A stretch of 64,000 nt of DNA, from positions 1,856,001-1,920,000 of the forward strand of contig OZ252149.1 in the NCBI GenBank assembly GCA_965248755.1, read 5' to 3'. The stretch comes from Candidatus Latescibacterota bacterium (lineage in GTDB: Bacteria > Latescibacterota > CBDEFO01). Below, in pieces: positions 28,884-37,361 of the stretch. The notes under the pieces are model-generated. The model had not been told where the DNA came from, did no database searches, and was given only the letters and a program-made list of their open reading frames with translations. The position numbers and the translations under genes are program-made. Position 1 is the first letter of the stretch. Every line of letters begins with the position of its first letter.

Positions 28884-31217
28884 TTATATCCTCCCCTGCT
28901 GCTTCAAACCCATAACGATCTTCTCAGGCGTTATTGGCAGTTCGTGTATGCGGACGCCGCAGGCGTTGTAGATGGCGTTTCCCAGCGCAGGGGCTGTGGG
29001 CACTATCACGATCTCGCCAGCTCCTTTTGCTCCGTACGGCCCGTCCATATGAGCCTTCTCCACGATGATAGACTTCATATACTCGGCAATCGGCATCTCA
29101 GCTATGGAAGGTATCTTGTAGTCCAGAAAGTTGTTATTCACCATCCTTCCCTTGTCGAACACCATCTCCTCGTGCAGGGCGATGCCTATACCCATACATG
29201 CCCCGCCATGGTTTTGGCAGTCCACAAGCAGCGGATTTATGGCTTTGCCCACGTCTATTGCGCTTACGAACTTGACCACCTTTATCGCTCCGGTGTCCAG
29301 GTTCACATCCACCTCCGCCGCCTGGGCGCCGTGGCCCAGATAGGCCATCGTCCGCTCTCCATGTCCCGTCTCGGCGTCCATCGGGCTTGAACCCTGAACG
29401 AAGGTGGCCTTCCCCAATATCTCGCCGTCGGGCTGATAGACCCCCGCAAGGAGCACTACATCGAAGAGTTCCTCAACTCCCATAGATCTATCTGGACTCC
29501 CGGACACAAATATCTTACCGTCCTCTATCTGCAGATCCACAGGATTTGCTTCCAGCTTATCGGCCGCCCTTGCGAATATCTGTTCTTTTGCATTGTCGCA
29601 GGCCATCCTTACGGCGTTCCCGCTGTTGTACGTCTGACGGCTTGAGCCTGCAAGGTGGTCAAAGGGCGTTACGTCGGTGTCGGGGGTCACCAGCTTAACC
29701 TTCTCTATAGGGGTCTTAAACTCCTCCGCCACGACCTGGGCAAGGATGGTATGTGTGCCCTGTCCCAGATCCACGGCGCTGGTCCTGAGCTCTACTGTGC
29801 TGTCCTCGTGGACCTTTACGATCGCACTTGAGGCAGTCGGTGCAAAGCTGTACTTATTCCCGAGAGCGATGCCCTTGGCTCGCACCCAGGGCTTCTTCGG
29901 ATCTTCGGAGGTAGTAGTAGCCCCCCACTCTATCGCCTCTGCCGCCTTTTCCAGACACTCCCTTGCGCCGTAGCCGTGCATCCTCATGCCTACTGCGCTC
30001 TCCTCGTCCTCCTGCATTAGGTTGTCCAGTCTGAACTGCACAGGATCCAGTCCTAACTTCTCCGCCAGTATGTCCATCTGAGATTCTATCGCCCACGCCG
30101 ATTCAGCGCACCCGAATCCCCTCAAGGCCCCGCCGATCACAAGGTTGGTATAGACCCCGTAGGAATCCACGTCTAAATTGGTCATCCTGTAGCTTCCTGC
30201 GTAGAGAAACGTACCGAAGACGGGCTTCAGGAAACCTTCGCCCGAATACGCTCCGCCCTGGAAGATGGACTTGACCCGTCTGGCGACGATCTTGCCGTCT
30301 TTTGTGACTCCATCTTTGATGTAGAATATGATGGGACTCCGGCATCCTGTTCCTATGAACTCCTCATCTCTTGAAAAGACTACCTTGACGGGTCTCTTGG
30401 CCTTCCTTGCAAGGACGACAGTGAAGCCCTCAGGCTTTATGGTCACCTTGCCTCCGAAGGCTCCGCCGACATGAGGGACTATGACCCTCACTGTGGAGGG
30501 CGGAAGGTCCAGCGCCTTGCAGATCTCCTCTCTGACTATATAGGGGGACTGACTGGAGGTCCACAGCGTCACGTGCCCTGCCTGATCCACCGCTGCGACT
30601 GAGGCATGAGGCTCCAGGGAGGCAGTGTGGACGTAGCCTGTACGGAACCTGTTTTCGACTATGTAGTCGGCATCCTCGAAGCCCGCCTCCATATCTCCGT
30701 TTCTGATTCTGTACCTCTGGAAGGTGTTGGGTGGTCTGGGATCCATCTTCGCCACTGGGATCACGACCTCGTAGTCCTCCATATCTTCGTGGACTGTCAC
30801 CTCCTGACCGAAGTCCATCGCCTCCTCAGCGTCGAAGACGGCGGGAAGCTCCTCATATTCGACACGAATCAGATCCACCGCCTCCTGCGCCAGCTCCGGG
30901 GTCTCTGCGGCTGCGGCGGCTACCGGCTCTCCCACAAAGCGGACTAAGTCTCTGGCGATGAAGTACTCGTCCAGAGAACAGGTGCCCAGCCTTATGGCCG
31001 GGACATCCTCGTAGGTCATCACAGCTTTGACCCCCTTCAGCTCTTCGGCCTGGGTCGTGTCAATAGAGAGGATCTTGGCGTGAGGAAATGGGCTGCGCTT
31101 GATCTTGCCGTAGAGCATCCTCGGCAGAGTTATATCCACAGTAAACTGCGCAGCGCCTGTGACCTTGTCGCGCCCGTCTATTGTCCTGGTCTTCGTTCCG
31201 ACTGACGTGTATGGCAT
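28884..31217 (-). CDS. xanthine dehydrogenase family molybdopterin-binding subunit
   Basis: KVTGAAQF, RFVGEPVA, VGGAFGGK, ALRGFG, GQGTHT, GSSRQT, DVGKAINP, GAKGAGE. Confidence 0.92.
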   Translation of the reverse strand: MPYTSVGTKTRTIDGRDKVTGAAQFTVDITLPRMLYGKIKRSPFPHAKILSIDTTQAEELKGVKAVMTYEDVPAIRLGTCSLDEYFIARDLVRFVGEPVAAAAAETPELAQEAVDLIRVEYEELPAVFDAEEAMDFGQEVTVHEDMEDYEVVIPVAKMDPRPPNTFQRYRIRNGDMEAGFEDADYIVENRFRTGYVHTASLEPHASVAAVDQAGHVTLWTSSQSPYIVREEICKALDLPPSTVRVIVPHVGGAFGGKVTIKPEGFTVVLARKAKRPVKVVFSRDEEFIGTGCRSPIIFYIKDGVTKDGKIVARRVKSIFQGGAYSGEGFLKPVFGTFLYAGSYRMTNLDVDSYGVYTNLVIGGALRGFGCAESAWAIESQMDILAEKLGLDPVQFRLDNLMQEDEESAVGMRMHGYGARECLEKAAEAIEWGATTTSEDPKKPWVRAKGIALGNKYSFAPTASSAIVKVHEDSTVELRTSAVDLGQGTHTILAQVVAEEFKTPIEKVKLVTPDTDVTPFDHLAGSSRQTYNSGNAVRMACDNAKEQIFARAADKLEANPVDLQIEDGKIFVSGSPDRSMGVEELFDVVLLAGVYQPDGEILGKATFVQGSSPMDAETGHGERTMAYLGHGAQAAEVDVNLDTGAIKVVKFVSAIDVGKAINPLLVDCQNHGGACMGIGIALHEEMVFDKGRMVNNNFLDYKIPSIAEMPIAEYMKSIIVEKAHMDGPYGAKGAGEIVIVPTAPALGNAIYNACGVRIHELPITPEKIVMGLKQQGRI

Positions 31218-31359
31218 ATATGACTCCTCTTTTTAAGTAGACAGTAGATAGGGACACAGCCTCCCATCCCGCGAGATTTGTCCCCGAATGACGGTATCGG
31301 GGATTAGACAGACTGTAGGGACGAGGTCCACTCGCACGTTGGCAGACACGCGGGTTCCC

Positions 31360-31599
31360 CTACAGCGACTCCCGTTCCAGCTCAAGGACCCGGCTGACCT
31401 CTTTTCTCTTTACCTTTTTTTTCTTCAAGGATTCCTTCAACCTGATAAGACGGTCTATTGTCCCTTCAGGGAAATATCTTTCGGAACATTCACCACACAC
31501 TTCTGCCGTGACGGGAACCAAAATATGGTCGTTGTCAAGCCTTATTTCTTCAGTGACCTCTTTCTCAACTAACTCGCCCCCACAAAAAGCACATTTTAT
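31360..31599 (-). pseudogene. YgiT/MqsA-type zinc-finger protein (probable antitoxin) with apparently lost ATG
   Basis: KCAFCGG...VCGECSERYF; AAGGAGG RBS followed by ATA-AAA-TGT where ATG would be expected; an alternative GTG start lies at 31656. Confidence 0.6.
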
Positions 31600-32699
31600 C
31601 TCTTCCTCCTTCGAACATCTATCCAAGATTTCGACCGCACTCAGAAACTTTCTCACTCCATATAGGAAGATTGCGGAAGATAGCGAACCTTGCGGTTTGA
31701 CTTTGGACTCTAATTGTCTTATTTTATGTCATATATAATAGTGCACTAATGTATATACTCCTAAATAGTAGACAGCAAATTTGTAGGGGCAGTCCCCGTG
31801 TGTCTGCCCTCCGTAGAAACACGTATCAATATACGAAATTCTGGGAGATTGTCAACAAGAAAGGGAAGCGTGCAAAGATGCCAGACGAACTATTATCTGC
31901 GGCGCTCGGCTATGAATCCATCGGCTGGTCTGTGATCCCTGTTCGGCCGGACAAGAAGCCCTATATCTCGTGGCTTGCCTACCAGCGCGGGCGGGCGACT
32001 CCGGAGCAGATTATGTTGTGGTGGAGAGACTATAAAGACGCACAGATCGGGATCGTGACAGGCAACATATCCAATGTCGTGGTGGTAGATCTGGACGGAT
32101 CAGAAGGTATAACCTCATTCGAGAAACTGGACGACGGAGAGCCGACTGTGTACAGCAAGACCGGCTCCGGCGGCCGCCACTACTTCTACGCTATGCCGAA
32201 AGACGGAGATGAAGCCAAACTGCTCCGCAATTTCGCCAGACGGAAGGGCATAGACCTGAGAGCAAACGGCGGATACGTGGTCGTGCCTCCGTCAGAGAAT
32301 CAAAAAGGGCGATACGAGTGGCGCATCTCTCCCGACAACCAGATGCCCTCAGACTGTCCAAAATGGATAATAGATGCGTGCAAAGTAGGTCAGACGTTCC
32401 TGTCTGACGGGGAACAAAAACAGTCAAGAATGTCTGTTCTACCGTCTTTAGAAAATGGCGTGGATGAAGGCTCCAGAAACGACTCCGCGGCAAGATTGGC
32501 CGGACACTTCTTCGGGCAGGGAAAGACAAAGACAGAGGTCAGCGCAGAGTTAGTCGAATGGAACCTGAAGAACAGGCCTCCGCTTGAGCTATCGGAGCTG
32601 GAGCAGGTCGTGGTCTCCATTGGCAGGACGCGTGCCTACAAGGCAGGCACGTATGCCTACGCTGTAGGCACGAACGCCTACAACGGAGAGCCAAAGAGT

Positions 32700-32795
32700 G
32701 ACACCCTTCGTGCTCTTTCAGAGGACACCCTCTGTGCTCTTTCAGGTGACACCCCCTACGCTCTTTCAGGGGACACCCTCTGTGCTCTCTCCGAC
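32700..32795 (+). repeat. 4 x 24-bp in-frame tandem repeat in the primase linker
   Basis: Encodes [32 protein letters not shown]. Confidence 0.85.
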
Positions 32796-32958
32796 GGCGA
32801 GCGCGGAGACGCCAAACTGTTCGTCAAGCTCTACAGAGACAGATTCTGCTACGACAGCTCCCAGGGTACATGGTACGAGTGGAAGGGGCACTTCTGGGCG
32901 CCCGACAGGATCAGGGAGGCGAGGGCCTCCGTAGAGGGCGTGATCCAGATCTATAAAG

Positions 32959-33312
32959 GGCAGATATTCCTGAGCTATGTAGCTTTCCTCAGAATCGTGG
33001 GCGTATTTGTAGCCCTTTCCGTATCCGAGTTCTTTCATAAGTTGCGTAGGGGCGTTGCGAATGTGGAGAGGGACGGGCAAAGAGGGACTTTTTTGGACGT
33101 CTTCCTGGGCCATCTGATATGCGGAGTATACAGAATTGCTCTTAGGGGCTGTGGCAAGGTAGACTGCCGCTTGAGCGAGCGCAAGTTCACCCTCGGGGGA
33201 GCCGAGAAAGTCAAAGGCGTCCTTGGCGGCTATCGCTATGGTCAAAGAGCGCGGGTCGGCGTTTCCCACGTCCTCTGATGCGAATCGGACCATACGCCTT
33301 GCAATGTATAAA
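32959..33312 (-). pseudogene. rarA: captured internal fragment of replication-associated recombination protein A (RarA/MgsA C-terminal domain)
   Basis: [20 protein letters not shown]...[22 protein letters not shown]...[27 protein letters not shown]...QEYLP. Confidence 0.9.
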
Positions 33313-33924
33313 CCCACATAGACCGCGTTCCCTCCGGGTTCGACTGCAACCGCTCTGACGTAATTAGTGATAATTGGGGCGGACACCTGGGCGTGTATTT
33401 GTGCAGCGATACCCAAGATAACGAAAGTTATCGTAGCCAGAACCGTGGAAGGTTTCACTGCTCGTCCTCTCATTTTGTTTCATCACCTCCTTACAAGAAC
33501 AATGCCATCAACTGCTATACAGGAGCTCTTTTCTGATGTTTCGCTCCCTCCTTTCCTTTGCCTGAAACTATTTCCCCTTCCGGCATGAAAGTTCTTTAAG
33601 TTAATAGCAGTATCTTTTCAGCAAACAAATTAGGACTACCTATAGCTGTTACGTAGAATTCGTGAAAGACACCGCATAGAAGTCATCAAGTTCTTTGCTT
33701 AATCAGGATAATGTTAGTAACTGTTATACGTATAGTACAATTCCCAAGCTTTGTCAAGCTTTCTTTGATGACATATCTTATTTATTTTACATATATTTAG
33801 TATTTGTCAACTATTTTACAAATACTTTATGAGAAATTTATATCACTGTCGTATTATAGATACGTGAGAGAGACAAAACATCCAAAACTTTTTTGAGTTT
33901 TTATAAATTCAAGATAGAGTACAA

Positions 33925-35550
33925 CCGACATTCCCCATATCACATTCATGAGGGATTATATTTCGATACATTCTTGTTTCTGAATTAATATTACCACTTT
34001 TACATTTTTCAACAAGTACTTTTTTCAATTAAAATAGTATTTTCCTCTGAATTATCACTTTCTTTGTGTTTAAATCCTCCAATTAGAGACACCTCTCCAT
34101 CGACTCACAAAAAAATGTGGCAGTTTAAACAGAATAACATCGCAATCGTTCAATCCGGGATAATATTTCGGCAAATAACCTCTTGTCTATCCCAACCTCA
34201 GCCATTTGAAACGTAATATATCCGCTGTGTCTGACAATCTTCGCTCCGATTTTGATAAATTTCACGAGGAGGCTGCGTAGTGACCAGTGTTTGATTTTCT
34301 TCGGAAGAACAAAACGTCGCAGGAAGTTGCCCAAGTTGTAAGCCAGAACAAACAGCCAGAGCCTCACCTGATTGGAGACGAAACGCTTGCATGAGAGTCG
34401 GGTCCAGTTCAGAGCATACTTGCCCTCCTTAATCCACTGCTCAGCTCTGCCACGGCCATTGTAGAAGTGTACCACGCCTTCTGGCTTGGCGCTCATGTTG
34501 GTCACGATAAATCCCACTCTTGGGAATAACTCCCCTTGGTGCCATTCAACCTTGGCGACCACTCGCCTCGATTGATCCCAACTGGCCGCTTTATATTGAA
34601 ATTCATATAACGATACAATCGGTTTCCTCGGCGGTCGTCCAACTGGCCGAGTCAGCAGGTATCGTATCTTTTCATAGAGTATCTCATTTGCGGGAAACCG
34701 AATGGCATACAAATAGCCGTTTCCCTCCAGATAATCATAAATCTCAGGCTTTGCGAATGCAGCATCGCCTCGAAAGTATTTCCTATTCTTCTTGCTCTCG
34801 TATCTCTTGACGATCGGTTCCAGAACTTCCTTCCAACGATCAGCACTGTGAACATTACCAGAGCGAAGTAGGACTCCTTCACAATCCCCGAACTGATTGA
34901 AGCAGAACACTGGATGAAAACAGGTACATCCGAAATGACCGTTGTAAGCTGATCCTTCCTGCTGGCCATGTACCGGACTCTCCGAACTGTCCATGTCCAG
35001 AATGATTCGTTGATGCTGTGTTTTACTCATCGCTTTTTGAACCCACTTGCCATTGATATCTGACAAGTTTCTGAGATTGTCATGCTGAGTCAGTATATCA
35101 GTTTCAAAACGTCCTATCGTGTTGGAGCTGGCAGCTTGCCTGCCTTTGTCCTTCTTTCCGGTAATCGCTCGCATGACGGGATCAACGGATAATCGCTCGG
35201 CGTCATTTACATCTTCATATCCTGCAAGACGGCTGTATATCGATTGACGCAGGAGAGTAGATATATCATGTTGGATATTACGGCCTGTGCGTTTATCGGT
35301 AAAAACCGCTGATACCGAATCAAATAATCCCAGTGCGTAATCAAGGTCACGATACGCAAGAAGTCCACCGTTTGATGTCACCTTTGCACCATGAAATTCA
35401 AGCTTTATTCCTCCATCAAAACCTACTTTCATTCTTTCACCCTCTGGATGATCAATATTTATCCGCCATTTATGAGTCTTATTTATTGTAATATAACATG
35501 TTCTGGCGACTTTGACAACCATTTTTCGGGTCTAATATGGCGAATGGGGG
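33925..35550 (-). mobile_element. IS1380-family insertion sequence
   Basis: 16-bp imperfect IRs CCGACATTCCCCATAT (33925-33940) / ATATGGCGAATGGGGG (35535-35550). Confidence 0.9.
34125..35522 (-). CDS. IS1380-family transposase
   Basis: TSNGGLL, AGYEDVNDA, LDMDSS, LRSGNVHSA, RGDAAF, YNGRGRAEQWIKEGK; exact start uncertain. Confidence 0.92.
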   Translation of the reverse strand: MVVKVARTCYITINKTHKWRINIDHPEGERMKVGFDGGIKLEFHGAKVTSNGGLLAYRDLDYALGLFDSVSAVFTDKRTGRNIQHDISTLLRQSIYSRLAGYEDVNDAERLSVDPVMRAITGKKDKGRQAASSNTIGRFETDILTQHDNLRNLSDINGKWVQKAMSKTQHQRIILDMDSSESPVHGQQEGSAYNGHFGCTCFHPVFCFNQFGDCEGVLLRSGNVHSADRWKEVLEPIVKRYESKKNRKYFRGDAAFAKPEIYDYLEGNGYLYAIRFPANEILYEKIRYLLTRPVGRPPRKPIVSLYEFQYKAASWDQSRRVVAKVEWHQGELFPRVGFIVTNMSAKPEGVVHFYNGRGRAEQWIKEGKYALNWTRLSCKRFVSNQVRLWLFVLAYNLGNFLRRFVLPKKIKHWSLRSLLVKFIKIGAKIVRHSGYITFQMAEVGIDKRLFAEILSRIERLRCYSV

Positions 35551-36801
35551 TAAAGACGCTCTCTACAGACAGAGCCAGACAGCGATTGAAGCTATCGGGG
35601 AGAACGAGACGAAGACGAAGCAGCTGAGAAAGAGAATCGGACAGCTCAGCACGAGGCGGCGGGCAGACGAAGTCCTTGAACTCGCATCCAGCGGCGCAGA
35701 TTCCCTGGCGATAGAGGGCCACGAATGGGACAGAAACCCCTACCTGCTGGCATGCCCCAACGGCGTTATAGACCTCAGAACGGGAGAATTGAGAGAAGGC
35801 AGACAAGAGGAATACATAAAGACAGTCTGCCCCACGGAGTACAAGGGGACAGACATTGGCTGTCCCAAGAAGGGGACAGACGCCCCTTGTCCCGCATGGG
35901 AGGAGTTCCTCTTTCAGATCTTCGACGAGGATCAGGAGCTGATCTCCTACGTCAAGAGACTGCTGGGCTACTCTATGTTAGGGCTTTCGACACAGCACGA
36001 ATTCTACATCTTCTGGGGACAGGGAAGGAACGGCAAGGGGACCTTGTTTCAGGCGCTGTCAGATGTGCTGGGTCCCTATGTCTCGCAGGCCCCCAAGGAG
36101 ATGCTCTTATACAACCGCTTTCGGCCCGCAGCCTCTTCTCCCAGATCGGAGCTGATGGCCCTCAGAGGCAAGCGCCTCGTCTGGGCGTCGGAATCCGACG
36201 AGGGACGCCACCTGGACACCAGTCAGGTCAAGTGGCTATCAGGCGGAGACTCCCTTGTGGCAAGAGAGGTCTACGGGAAGCACCAGGTGGAGTTTCGGCC
36301 CACCTTTACTCTCTTCCTCCAGACCAACCACAAGCCGAAGGCAAACGCCTACGACTACGCCCTCTGGGAGAGAATCAGACTGATACCCTTCAATCTCTCG
36401 TTTGTGGACGACCCGCAAAGAGACCACGAAAGAAAGCGAGACCCCAACCTGGCGGAGAAACTGAAAGTAGAGGGATCGGGCATACTCTCGTGCCTCGTCC
36501 AGGGCTGCCTCGACTTCCAAGAACACGGCCTCGCGCCTCCAGATACTGTCAAGATGGCTACAGAATCCTATAGAAAAGATGAGGACGTTATCCAGCAGTC
36601 GTTTGACGAATGTTTTTACATTGACCCTGAAGCGAGCGTGAAAGCAGGAGAGGCCTACAGAACACACGTGGAATGGTGCGATCGAAATCGAATCAGGGCA
36701 AAGAGCAAAAACGTCTTTGCAGAGTGGATGGGAGAGAGATTCGTGAAAGTCAGAAAAAAGGAGGGTCTTTACTATCTGGGAGCCGGTTTAAGGGAAGAGA
36801 T

Positions 36802-36930
36802 GGTGTAGACGGTGTAGACGGTGTAGACGGTGTAGACGGTGTAGACCTTTACTATATGTTTGCTGTACAAAACAATTATTTATACACAAAACATAGTACA
36901 CAGGTCTACATGGTCTACACCGTCTACACT
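36802..36930. repeat. iteron-like origin: 5 x GGTGTAGAC, AT-rich spacer, 3 inverted copies
   Basis: Direct copies 36802-36846; GTCTACAYN copies 36904-36930; immediately after the helicase. Confidence 0.75.
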
Positions 36931-36978
36931 CTATATGACAAAGCAGCAGGTATGTGACACTCTCAAAAGGAGGAAAAG

Positions 36979-37142
36979 ATGGATACCCAAGACATACTTA
37001 CAGTCAAGGAGGCAGCAAAGTCCTAAGGTGCTCAGAAAGACACCTGCGTCAACTAATACACTGCGGATTGCTCACAGCCTACAAGCCGGGAAAACAGTAC
37101 CTCCTGCCCAGAAGCAGTGTCCTCGACTACTTTACGAGATGA
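36979..37142 (+). pseudogene. excisionase-like HTH (HTH_17) with 1-bp frameshift
   Basis: AGGAGG RBS; MDTQDILTVKEAA/KVLRCSERHLRQLIHCGLLTAYKPGKQYLLPRSSVLDY. Confidence 0.75.
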
Positions 37143-37361
37143 AAACACGCCCCCTTTGAGTAGGGGGTCTACCCGCGATAGATTCTATCGGGGGCTACTT
37201 AACATTTTCATTGACTTCCCTTCCGATTTCTACTAAATTGCTCTGCATGGCAACTGGATCTCCGCCCTACATTAAATGTGAAGCGCGCAACGTCCGCTGT
37301 CCCAGCGAGTTCAAGGGGACAGACGTTCGCTGTCTACTGTCTACCAAAAAAGGAGGACCTG

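Larger units (their letters stand above)
32959..35550 (-). mobile_element. IS1380-mediated transposition unit (IS plus ~970 bp passenger DNA)
   Basis: TAAAG direct repeat at 32954-32958 and 35551-35555; right boundary coincides with the IS IR. Confidence 0.8.
31878..36808 (+). pseudogene. bifunctional Prim-Pol + PriCT + D5/P4-family SF3 helicase, split by the insertion at 32959-35550
   Basis: GWSVIPV, IGIVTG, VVDLD, TGSGGRHY, IDLRANGGYVVVPPS, GSRND; then NGVIDL, GQGRNGKGT (Walker A), TNHKP; removing the insert and one TAAAG restores [14 protein letters not shown] in frame. Confidence 0.88.

Noticed and set aside
31749..33278. 509-aa ORF as a complete primase
   Set aside because: Sequence after ~32958 is antisense rarA from the insertion; the true continuation is at 35556.
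35537..36808. Independent helicase gene starting MANGG
   Set aside because: The ATG lies inside the IS1380 inverted repeat and the frame is the 3' half of the split primase-helicase; independent expression is not excluded but is unsupported.
36802..36846. GGTGTAGAC repeat as a coding VDG repeat (ORF 36673-36957) or mini-CRISPR
   Set aside because: No spacers; inverted copies across an AT-rich gap after a helicase fit an origin better, and the ORF has no recognisable content.
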